The notes below the pieces were generated by a model, which saw only the letters and a program-made list of their open reading frames with translations, did not search any database and was not told the origin of the DNA. From assembly GCA_001603765.1 (NCBI GenBank), contig LUZV01000032.1, positions 1 to 38,937 of the forward strand: a DNA stretch of 38,937 nucleotides. Reading direction: 5' to 3'. The position numbers were made by a program, and so were the translations under genes. The stretch comes from Anaerolineales bacterium Chloro_02. GTDB taxonomy: Bacteria > Chloroflexota > Anaerolineae > Anaerolineales > Anaerolineaceae. The number at the start of each line of letters is the position of its first letter. Positions within the stretch are counted from its first letter, which is position 1. Of this stretch, positions 10,773-18,723 are shown piece by piece.

Positions 10773-11483
10773 TTAGGTTTGCGGCGAGCAGTTGTTTTGG
10801 GTGAATTCTTTCAGGTAGAAGGGCAAGTCGGCGAGCAAATTACCCATCAATCTCTCAAGTCGGGAACGCCAAAGGTCAACTTCGCCATCGGTTTCGGAGG
10901 CATGGCGCGTTATAAGATCCGAGACTGATCTCAGGGCAAGCCAGGGTATCTGATTTCTGGCGGCGACCCAGGCAAAAGCGCCTGTTTCCCAATCCGCGGC
11001 AACAGCCTGATGGATTTTGGTGAGCCTGTCGAAGGCGGAAAAATCAACATCCTGGTCTGCCGAAGCGAGCCGGGCAAAGCGCGTGTTTGGCGGCAGTGGG
11101 CTTTTAATCCATGAGTATCCATTTGAGGACTGATAGTGCTTTAATGCCGCGATCGGATCATCCATGCGTTCAAAAATGTCATAAACAACCACGTCATTGA
11201 CGATAAGCGTCTCGCCAATCACGCTATATCCCTCAAACCCACCACAAGTTCCGAGATTAATGATCAAGTCTGGTTGATAGCGGTCGATGATGAATTGCGC
11301 TGCGCTGGCAGTGGAGATTTTTCCCCAGCCGGAATGGAAAAAGAGGCATGGAAAACCGGACAGCTCAAACCCAAAAGACTCGCCAAGTGGGGTTTGGTGA
11401 ATAGCGTTCGGCTGTAGAATTGCGCGAACAGCCGCCCATTCGCCATTGGCGCTGACTAAAACAGGTATTGGGGTGGTTGGCAT
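10773..11483 (-). CDS. PNP_UDP_1-family nucleosidase (MTA/SAH nucleosidase- or futalosine hydrolase-like)
   Basis: SGWGKISTASAAQFII..PDLIINLGTCGGF and ETGAFAWVA...ALRSVSDL parallel the MTAN motifs GIGKVNAA / SAGG / EMEA / RxISD. Confidence 0.6.
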   Translation of the reverse strand: MPTTPIPVLVSANGEWAAVRAILQPNAIHQTPLGESFGFELSGFPCLFFHSGWGKISTASAAQFIIDRYQPDLIINLGTCGGFEGYSVIGETLIVNDVVVYDIFERMDDPIAALKHYQSSNGYSWIKSPLPPNTRFARLASADQDVDFSAFDRLTKIHQAVAADWETGAFAWVAARNQIPWLALRSVSDLITRHASETDGEVDLWRSRLERLMGNLLADLPFYLKEFTQNNCSPQT

Positions 11484-11486
11484 TTT

Positions 11487-12248
11487 TTATGCCGGCTGGA
11501 CTTTTTTGCCGACCGAGGCGATATAAGCGGTGAAGCGTTCCTGACCGTCCAGGTCGAGCACGGCATTCGCCTGTTCGTCTTTAAATGCGGCGATCGCGCA
11601 GACACCGTAACCAATGGATTCGGCAGCCAGGTACAAATTCTGGCAAACGTGCCCCGCGTCAATATCGATATAACGATAGGCGCGAGTCCCATAGCGCCAG
11701 GACGTACGGTAAACCTCCGCAGCCCAGAAGAAGGTAACCGCGGAAGTGAGGACCTGCCTTTGGTTAGTGGTGGCGGCATGCGCTTCTTTGAGCGACTGGT
11801 TACCCGGTCGGAAGACTTCAAGCGCATGAGGTTCGGGCAGATAGTGGTAGATACCAGGTTCCAGGTCGCTCACTCGCTGGACGGCGAGATAGGTCTCGAA
11901 AGGATGGCGCGACCCCGCGGACGGCACGTAGCGCCGCGTGACCTTTTCAGGTTGGGGCGCTTCGCGCAAACCCTGAGTGAGCAGGAGTAAATAGCCGAGC
12001 TCAGCGAGAGACATAAAAGCTTCGGTATCGTATCGCCGGTGGGTGCGGCGGTTGAGGGCAAGCTGATAGAAATTGTTATCAGGTGGGGTAAACAGGGTAG
12101 GGTCGGGCAGCGCCACACGCGGCAAATTTGGGTCTGAGGCAGCTAAATACTGCGGGAAAGGTTCGCCCAACTCTTCGGATGAAGGTCCCATATTGGCATA
12201 GCGCGTAGCCCGCAGAAAAGCATCTCCAGTTGGTTCAAATTTCGCCAT
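11487..12248 (-). CDS. SagB-type dehydrogenase domain protein (nitroreductase superfamily)
   Basis: LNRRTHRRY..., YVPSAGSRHPFETYL...GIYHY and a C-terminal nitroreductase-like segment. Confidence 0.7.
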   Translation of the reverse strand: MAKFEPTGDAFLRATRYANMGPSSEELGEPFPQYLAASDPNLPRVALPDPTLFTPPDNNFYQLALNRRTHRRYDTEAFMSLAELGYLLLLTQGLREAPQPEKVTRRYVPSAGSRHPFETYLAVQRVSDLEPGIYHYLPEPHALEVFRPGNQSLKEAHAATTNQRQVLTSAVTFFWAAEVYRTSWRYGTRAYRYIDIDAGHVCQNLYLAAESIGYGVCAIAAFKDEQANAVLDLDGQERFTAYIASVGKKVQPA

Positions 12249-12258
12249 TTTTCACCTC

Positions 12259-12363
12259 TTAGAAACGGATCATCGAAAGGATCATAGCCAACACAATAAT
12301 CACGGCGAGAACCGCCATGAGTATCTTATTTGCTCGACCTGAGTTGCTTGTGTTTTTTGCCAT
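12259..12363 (-). CDS. 34-aa single-TM small protein (not in ORF track)
   Basis: MAKNTSNSGRANKILMAVLAVIIVLAMILSMIRF. The ATG is 2 nt after the uvrC stop, with GGAG 5 nt upstream, and the ORF ends 10 nt before the SagB-like gene. Confidence 0.4.
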   Translation of the reverse strand: MAKNTSNSGRANKILMAVLAVIIVLAMILSMIRF

Positions 12364-12365
12364 AC

Positions 12366-14234
12366 TTACTCCAATTGTGCTTTGATTGCCTCAGCCATTT
12401 CCGAAGAAATGCCCTTAATTTTTATGATTTCCTCCACCGGAGCGGCAAGGATGCCATCGATTGAGCCAAAGCGAGAAATGAGCTCTTTTCGCCGGGCAGG
12501 TCCAATGCCAGGGATGGAATCCAAGCGTGAAACCAAACCGATTTTACCACGTTGATTGCGGTGCGCGGTGATCGCAAAGCGGTGAGCTTCATCGCGAATC
12601 CTTTGAATAAGATAAAATCCCTGAGAATGATCATCCAGGCGAACTGAGTCGGTTTTCCCCGGCAAAAACAGCTCTTCTTCCTGCTTTGCCAACCCCACGA
12701 CAGCGAATTGCCCCTGGAGGTCAAACTCCTGAATGACTTCCACTGCCTGACGCAGCTGCCCTTTTCCGCCGTCAACAATCAGAAGGTCGGGCAGCAATGA
12801 GAATGCCAGGTCAGGTTTGTGACCGGGTTGATCTTTTTCTTGCTGCTCAGTTACATAGCGGTTTATTCTCCGTTTGAGCACTTCGCGCATGGAAGCGAAA
12901 TCGTCCGGTGTGCTAAGAGTCTTGATGTTAAAGCGACGATAGTGCTTTTTGGCGGGCACTCCCTGCTCAAAAACAACCATACTGCCGACACTGGCGGTAC
13001 CCTGGATGTTTGAGATATCGTAGCACTCGATCCGGTTGGGCGCTTCGGGCAGTCCCAAAATCGCCTGTATCTCAGAAAGCGCCTGATGTTGACGGTCTTT
13101 ATCGGCTTTCCATCGCATTTCGAGGGATTTGAGCGTTTCCTGCGCGTTCTCTGAAGCCATCTTCACCAATTCTTTGCCCTGACCGCGCTTGGGGACAGTG
13201 AGCTGCACTTTTTCGCCGCCCCGGCGGGTGTTTAGCCATTCTTTGATGATGCGGGCTTCTTCAACCTCTTCAGGTAGTAAAACTTTGTTTGGGACGTAAG
13301 CCGCCTGGGAGTAAAACTGCTTGATAAACTCCTCGAGAATATCGGAATTGTCTTCGGCTTCGGTTCCTTCGAGGATGAAATATTCCCGCCCGATCAGTTT
13401 TCCAGACCGAATAAAGAAAACCTGCACACAGGCTTCACCCTTTGAGCGCGCCATGGCAATGACGTCCGAATCCTGACGTTCATCCGAAATGATTTTCTGC
13501 CGCTCCACAACCCTTTCAATCGCCTGTATCTGGTCGCGGTAGACAGCCGCTTTTTCGTAGTTGAGGTTGTCGGAGGCGTCCGCCATGGCTTGCCTGAGGC
13601 GGCTCATGACCGGGTCGGTGCGACCTTCGAGGAATTTGCAGAGGTCATCGATCATCTGGCGATATTCCGCCTGGTTGACCGCGCCGACACATGGCGCAGA
13701 GCAAAGCTTGATGTCGTAATAGAGACAGGCGCGCTCGTCCTTGCCGGTAATTTCACGCGCGCAGGTGAGATAGGGGAAGATTTTTCGCAGCACGTCGAGC
13801 GTTTGGTGGACTGCCCAAACAGAGGTATAGGGACCAAAGTAGCGTGAGCCGTCGTTGATCATGTTGCGGGTGACTGTTAGCTTCGGGAAGGGGTCAGACC
13901 AATGGACTTTGATGTAAGGGTAGCGCTTATCGTCTTTAAGCCGGACGTTGTAAAAAGGGCGGTGCAGCTTTATGAGATTCATCTCGAGAATCAAAGCTTC
14001 GAGTTCGGAAGCGACCACAATCCACTCGATGTCTCTGATTTTCCGCACCATCTGCCGGGTTTTATAGGTTTGGTCGGAGGATTGTTGGAAATAGGAGCGC
14101 ACGCGATTTTTAAGGTTGATAGCTTTACCAACGTAAATGATGGCGCCTTCTCCATCCTTCATCAGGTAGCAGCCAGGTTTATCGGGCAGGGTGGCAAGAA
14201 TGCCCTTAATTTTTTCCGAATACTCCATAGGCAC
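12366..14234 (-). CDS. uvrC: Excinuclease ABC subunit C
   Basis: GIY-YIG motif PGCYLMKDGEGAIIYVGKAINLKNRV, a UVR domain, an Endo V-like domain and a C-terminal (HhH)2. Confidence 0.95.
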   Translation of the reverse strand: MPMEYSEKIKGILATLPDKPGCYLMKDGEGAIIYVGKAINLKNRVRSYFQQSSDQTYKTRQMVRKIRDIEWIVVASELEALILEMNLIKLHRPFYNVRLKDDKRYPYIKVHWSDPFPKLTVTRNMINDGSRYFGPYTSVWAVHQTLDVLRKIFPYLTCAREITGKDERACLYYDIKLCSAPCVGAVNQAEYRQMIDDLCKFLEGRTDPVMSRLRQAMADASDNLNYEKAAVYRDQIQAIERVVERQKIISDERQDSDVIAMARSKGEACVQVFFIRSGKLIGREYFILEGTEAEDNSDILEEFIKQFYSQAAYVPNKVLLPEEVEEARIIKEWLNTRRGGEKVQLTVPKRGQGKELVKMASENAQETLKSLEMRWKADKDRQHQALSEIQAILGLPEAPNRIECYDISNIQGTASVGSMVVFEQGVPAKKHYRRFNIKTLSTPDDFASMREVLKRRINRYVTEQQEKDQPGHKPDLAFSLLPDLLIVDGGKGQLRQAVEVIQEFDLQGQFAVVGLAKQEEELFLPGKTDSVRLDDHSQGFYLIQRIRDEAHRFAITAHRNQRGKIGLVSRLDSIPGIGPARRKELISRFGSIDGILAAPVEEIIKIKGISSEMAEAIKAQLE

Positions 14235-14306
14235 ATTTTAACAGATAAAGATAAGCAAAAAATATGAGAATAAGGTGGGGGTTGGTATAATCTCAGAAGA
14301 GGAATT

Positions 14307-16058
14307 ATGCCGATCCGAGTCTTGCCAGAAACAATTGCCTCACAAATCGCCGCCGGAGAGGTGGTGGATCGCCCTGCCTCGGTGGTGAAAGAGCTGCTGG
14401 AGAACGCCATTGATGCCGGCGCGCGGCAAGTCGAAATCGAAATTCGGCAGGCTGGTAGGGAGCTGATTCAGGTGACGGATGACGGCTGCGGTATTCCCGC
14501 TCAGGAGATATCATTGGCAGTTTGCCGCCACGCCACCAGCAAACTGAGCGTCGCAGAAGATCTGTTTAAGATTCAAACGCTGGGATTCAGAGGCGAGGCG
14601 CTTGCCTCGATTGGATCCATTTCACGGCTGACGCTGACTTCCGGCACTGCTGAAAATGCGGTTGGGGGTAGGCTGGTGGTGGAGGGCGGTTTGGCGGCGG
14701 AAATCTTGCCCACCACTGCCGCGGTTGGCACGCGCGTGAGTGTGGAAGATCTGTTTTTCAACCTCCCAGCCAGGTTGAAATTCTTAAAGTCCGACACAAC
14801 TGAGAGCCGGCATATTGTGGGTCTGGTTACACGTTACGCGCTGGCTTATCCGCATATTCGCTGGTCAATTATCCAGGACGATAAACAGGTTTTTCAGACA
14901 ACCGGCAGCGGCGAGCGGCTCGAAATCCTGCAAGCGCTGTTTGGGGCATCAGAGGCTGCCAGATTAATGCCGATCAGCTTTACCGAAAACAACTTAAAAC
15001 TCGAGGGATTCATCAGCAACCTCTCTCTTACTCGCTCCAATAGGCGCGATATTACAGTTTTTGTGAACGGTCGCTGGGTTCAGGACCCAACCCTGACCTC
15101 GGCGGTGATCCGCGCTTATAACACCCTCTTGATGGTCGGACGTTACCCCGTAGCGGTGATTTTTTTGACGATTCCGCCGGAGTTAGTGGATGTAAACGTC
15201 CACCCCGCTAAGGCGGAAGTGCGCTTTCGCGATCAGGATGCCGTCTTTAGTGGCGTTCAGCGGGCAATCCGCAGGGCTCTATTGGCTTTTACGCCTGTGC
15301 CGGATCTGAATAGCGCGAGTTTGTGGGGTAGAAGCACGCCTGATTTACCTGAACAGACCTGGAAACAGCCTTTTCAGGCTGAAGACGCCGATCGGGCGGA
15401 TGAAGAGGGGCTTCCGGGTGCGGGCTTCAGACCAGCTTCCAACCCAGCTCAGGCTCCGCTGCCAGGCAGTCATCTGCCTCTCCTGCGACTGATTGGACAA
15501 GTCGCGTCGACCTATTTAATCGCCGAAGGACCTGACGGGCTTTATTTGATTGATCAGCATGCCGCTCATGAACGAGTATTGTTTGATCAACTTATGGCGC
15601 AATATAATGCTCAAAGCATTCCATCTCAGGCGCTTTTATCGCCAACGGTTATTGAACTATCGCCTGAGCAAGCTGGGGTTTTGGAACAAGAACTCGAGGC
15701 AATGACCCGTCTGGGGTTTGAAATCGAGCCATTTGGACCTAACACTTTCATAATTCGATCGATTCCGATCGTGGTGGAAAAAAGCGATCCGCGGGAAGCA
15801 ATTCGCGCGGTTGTCAGCGCGTTTGAAGAAGATGAAACCCCGTTGATGGCTGAGGTTGAAGCCAGGATCGCGGCAAGAGTGTGCAAACGCATGGCGGTGA
15901 AAGTGGGTCAGGTTTTATCGGAAATTGAACAGCAAAACCTGCTTTTCAACCTCGAATCCAGTCAATCACCGCGCACCTGTCCGCACGGCAGACCCACGAT
16001 GATACATCTGAGTGTGAACTTGCTTGAAAGACAATTCGGGAGGACTGGGGCGATATGA
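14307..16058 (+). CDS. mutL: DNA mismatch repair protein MutL
   Basis: GHKL ATPase motifs IAAGEVVDRPASVVKELLENAIDAGA and DDGCGI, plus a C-terminal dimerisation domain with CPHGRP. Confidence 0.95.
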   Translation: MPIRVLPETIASQIAAGEVVDRPASVVKELLENAIDAGARQVEIEIRQAGRELIQVTDDGCGIPAQEISLAVCRHATSKLSVAEDLFKIQTLGFRGEALASIGSISRLTLTSGTAENAVGGRLVVEGGLAAEILPTTAAVGTRVSVEDLFFNLPARLKFLKSDTTESRHIVGLVTRYALAYPHIRWSIIQDDKQVFQTTGSGERLEILQALFGASEAARLMPISFTENNLKLEGFISNLSLTRSNRRDITVFVNGRWVQDPTLTSAVIRAYNTLLMVGRYPVAVIFLTIPPELVDVNVHPAKAEVRFRDQDAVFSGVQRAIRRALLAFTPVPDLNSASLWGRSTPDLPEQTWKQPFQAEDADRADEEGLPGAGFRPASNPAQAPLPGSHLPLLRLIGQVASTYLIAEGPDGLYLIDQHAAHERVLFDQLMAQYNAQSIPSQALLSPTVIELSPEQAGVLEQELEAMTRLGFEIEPFGPNTFIIRSIPIVVEKSDPREAIRAVVSAFEEDETPLMAEVEARIAARVCKRMAVKVGQVLSEIEQQNLLFNLESSQSPRTCPHGRPTMIHLSVNLLERQFGRTGAI

Positions 16059-17026
16059 ATGACGCGACCATGAGCGGGCTCTGGCTGGAAGATCGGAAAT
16101 TGAGCTTCCGCCGCGATCTGCCTTTGCCGAAGTTGGAGGGGGATGAGGTCCTGATCAAGGTCATAATGGCTGGGGTTTGCTCAACTGATTTAGAAATGGT
16201 GAAAGGATATTATCCTTTTAAGGGCGTTCCAGGGCACGAATTCGTTGGCAGAGTCATAGAAAGCAGCGGACATCCGGAACTCCTTGGCAAACGGGTAACA
16301 GGCGATATTAACATAAGCTGCGGAGAGTGTGAACGCTGCCTGAACCAGGAGCCAAGCCAATGCATGCGGCGAAGGACGCTTGGAATCTTTGATTACCCGG
16401 GTGTTTTTGCGGAGTTCTGCAAACTGCCAGCAAAGAATCTGACCGTTGTCCCTGATTCGGTTTCGGATGTGGTGGCGGTTTTTGCTGAGCCAACAGCCGC
16501 GGCGCTGCGAATTTTGGACCAGGTGAAGGTGAGACCGAGCGACCGGGTGATTGTGGTCGGCGCGGGCAGGCTGGGCTTGCTGATCGCGCAGGTATTGAAA
16601 AACACCTGTTGTGACTTAAAAGTGGTGGTTCGCAGACCTGAACCCGCGGTAATTTTGGCAGCCCTGGGCATTAATGCGGTCTATCCTGATGAAGTACACG
16701 GTGAGTTGGCGGATATTGTCATTGAGGCGACCGGCTCACCAGAGGGATTTGACCTTTCGCGCTCTTTAACAAGGGCAAGGGGAACATTGGTCTTAAAATC
16801 AACGTTTGCGGGGGATGTCCGCATTAACCTGTCAAAACTTGTCGTGGACGAAATTTCTTTGATCGGGTCGCGCTGCGGGAATATAGCAGCAGGATTGCGA
16901 GCCCTTTCTGGCGGAATGGTTCAGGTAGGGGAAATGATCGATTCAGTCTTTTCTCTTGAGCAGGGCTTTGAGGCAATCACACGCGCTGGAGAACCTGGCG
17001 TATTGAAGGTTCTGGTTAAACCATGA
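16055..17026 (+). CDS. Zn-dependent medium-chain alcohol/threonine dehydrogenase-like oxidoreductase
   Basis: GVCSTDLEMVKG...PGHEFVG, a structural-zinc Cys cluster CGECERC and a Rossmann motif VVGAGRLG. Its ATG overlaps the mutL stop (ATGA). Confidence 0.8.
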   Translation: MNDATMSGLWLEDRKLSFRRDLPLPKLEGDEVLIKVIMAGVCSTDLEMVKGYYPFKGVPGHEFVGRVIESSGHPELLGKRVTGDINISCGECERCLNQEPSQCMRRRTLGIFDYPGVFAEFCKLPAKNLTVVPDSVSDVVAVFAEPTAAALRILDQVKVRPSDRVIVVGAGRLGLLIAQVLKNTCCDLKVVVRRPEPAVILAALGINAVYPDEVHGELADIVIEATGSPEGFDLSRSLTRARGTLVLKSTFAGDVRINLSKLVVDEISLIGSRCGNIAAGLRALSGGMVQVGEMIDSVFSLEQGFEAITRAGEPGVLKVLVKP

Positions 17027-17071
17027 AATTCCACTCGCATCGACGGCTGATTGTGCTATAATGATGCCTCA

Positions 17072-17146
17072 CGGGGCGTGGCTCAGCCCGGATAGAGCGC
17101 ACGGTTCGGGACCGTGAGGTCGGCAGTTCAAATCTGCTCGCCCCGA
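17072..17146 (+). tRNA. tRNA-Pro (anticodon CGG)
   Basis: Hand-folded cloverleaf. Acceptor CGGGGCG/CGCCCCG, D-arm GCTCAGCCCGGATAGAGC, anticodon stem CACGG/CCGTG with loop TTCGGGA, T-arm GGCAG-TTCAAAT-CTGCT, discriminator A. No CCA is encoded. Confidence 0.9.
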
Positions 17147-17239
17147 CAAAAAACCTCTCAACGAGGAAAATCTGAGGAAAAACAACCTCGGATAGCAAGG
17201 ATAAGCTGCAACGGACATCACGGATTAGCAGCAGAAAGG

Positions 17240-17270
17240 CACCAGTTTATAAAAAAAACTGGTGTTTTTA
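17240..17270 (+). terminator. Rho-independent terminator downstream of tRNA-Pro
   Basis: Stem CACCAGTT / AACTGGTG with an A-rich loop, followed by TTTTTATT. Confidence 0.6.
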
Positions 17271-17331
17271 TTATTCCAAACCAAACCATGCGTTACCCAA
17301 ACCACCGTTAGCTGTTTAGGAGGCAGCAAGG

Positions 17332-18255
17332 ATGAAAAACGTTACCCTTTCTCAAGCTCTCGAAGGATATATCCTCTTTATGGAGCCAAAGCTTTCTACA
17401 TGCACACTCCGTGACTATTTCAACACTTTTCGCAAATTTCAAGCTTACTTGGGTCATGACCCATTGCTCGATGAGATTGATGTTGAAGATATTGCAGGAT
17501 TTATGGGTCAATATCAGCATCTCAAGAAGAAAACCTTACTCAACTACCATGTCGGGCTCTCCGCTCTGTGGACCTGGGCATTTCAGCAAGAAATTGTTGA
17601 TAAAAAGGTCCCTCAAAGTTATCAACCCCCGAAACCGGATGAAATTGCTATCTTGCCATATTCTGAAACAGATATTAAAGCGATGTTGGCCAGCTGCCAA
17701 AAGAGAAAACCGTATTCACTCTCTGGTCAACGTGAGACAGCAACGGACTTTCCAGAAGGTTTGCGATTGAAAACAAGTGTGCTTCTGTTGCTTGACACTG
17801 GGATCCGTGCAAGCGAGTTCTGTAACCTGAAATATAAGGATATCGATTTGCAAAATAAACATATCATCGTAATGGGAAAAGGAAGAAAGGAACGTCAGAT
17901 ACCCATCTCCAGTAGAACAGCGCAGGCTGTTTGGACGTATTTTTCAAGCAAGCCTGACATGACAATCAACACACCTGCTTTCGCGACAGCCAACGGCACT
18001 TCGATTCTGCGAGACAACCTTCTCAAATCTATCTATAGACTGGGAGAAAGGGCAGGGGTCCAGGACCCTACCATCCACCGCTTCCGCCATACTTTTGCAA
18101 TCAACTTCCTGCGTAATGGTGGCGACATTTACACGCTGCAATGGATCCTTGGCCATTCTACGTTGGATATGGTCAAACGCTACCTGGCCATCGCTCAAGT
18201 CGACGTGCAAGCCGCCCACCGCCGAGCCAGCCCGGTGCTAAACTGGGGGCTATAG
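17332..18255 (+). CDS. int: Tyrosine-type site-specific integrase
   Basis: An N-terminal SAM-like core-binding domain, then the catalytic residues in TGIRASE (R), HRFRHTFA (HxxR) and LGHSTLDMVKRY (H..Y). A GGAGG SD is present. Confidence 0.92.
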   Translation: MKNVTLSQALEGYILFMEPKLSTCTLRDYFNTFRKFQAYLGHDPLLDEIDVEDIAGFMGQYQHLKKKTLLNYHVGLSALWTWAFQQEIVDKKVPQSYQPPKPDEIAILPYSETDIKAMLASCQKRKPYSLSGQRETATDFPEGLRLKTSVLLLLDTGIRASEFCNLKYKDIDLQNKHIIVMGKGRKERQIPISSRTAQAVWTYFSSKPDMTINTPAFATANGTSILRDNLLKSIYRLGERAGVQDPTIHRFRHTFAINFLRNGGDIYTLQWILGHSTLDMVKRYLAIAQVDVQAAHRRASPVLNWGL

Positions 18256-18262
18256 CCCCCAG
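18243..18262. promoter_or_regulatory. Perfect 20-bp palindrome spanning the integrase stop codon
   Basis: CTGGGGGCTA|TAGCCCCCAG lies between the convergent int gene and the late operon. It may be a bidirectional terminator stem or a protein-binding site. Confidence 0.4.
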
Positions 18263-18439
18263 TCCCAATTTTGCCCTCGCGTACGCGTGATTTCCGCATT
18301 CGCAGTAACTACGCGCAATGTAGAGATTTGACCGCCCCTTCCCCTTTGGCGCGGCGCACGGCGATAAGGCGTGCGATCCCATTCATGCCAGCGACGACTA
18401 TCAGCAGGTGATCAGCGACATGCAGGCAGATTGGGCAGC

Positions 18440-18709
18440 TTATATCTCAGAAGAGCCTGCAGGCGCGGGATTTTCGGTTATGTACCAGAGCTCGCGATTT
18501 GGCACCAGCCTTATATATTCCAATCGCCAGCCTCGATAACCTTTGACGCGCCAGGGAAACATACTTGTAGAAACTGAGCTCATACCCTCATTCTCGCCCT
18601 TCCCTTCAGCCAGAATGTCAACCTCGCGGATTATTCCGTCTGCACCAATGTGATACCAGTGGTCAATTCGCTTCTTTGTACCGTCAGGCTGGGGTTCATA
18701 AAATTGCAT
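18440..18709 (-). CDS. Hypothetical protein (last ORF of late operon)
   Basis: An 89-aa ORF starts 14 nt after the endolysin gene. It has no TM segment and no recognisable motif. Confidence 0.4.
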   Translation of the reverse strand: MQFYEPQPDGTKKRIDHWYHIGADGIIREVDILAEGKGENEGMSSVSTSMFPWRVKGYRGWRLEYIRLVPNRELWYITENPAPAGSSEI

Positions 18710-18723
18710 TGGATCTCTGATTG

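Noticed and set aside
18173-18577. Track ORFs 18173..18382 (-) and 18371..18577 (+) near the int 3' end
   Set aside because: The first overlaps the integrase catalytic region in antisense. The second is Arg/Cys-rich, lacks an SD and overlaps the 89-aa late ORF. Neither is convincing as a gene.
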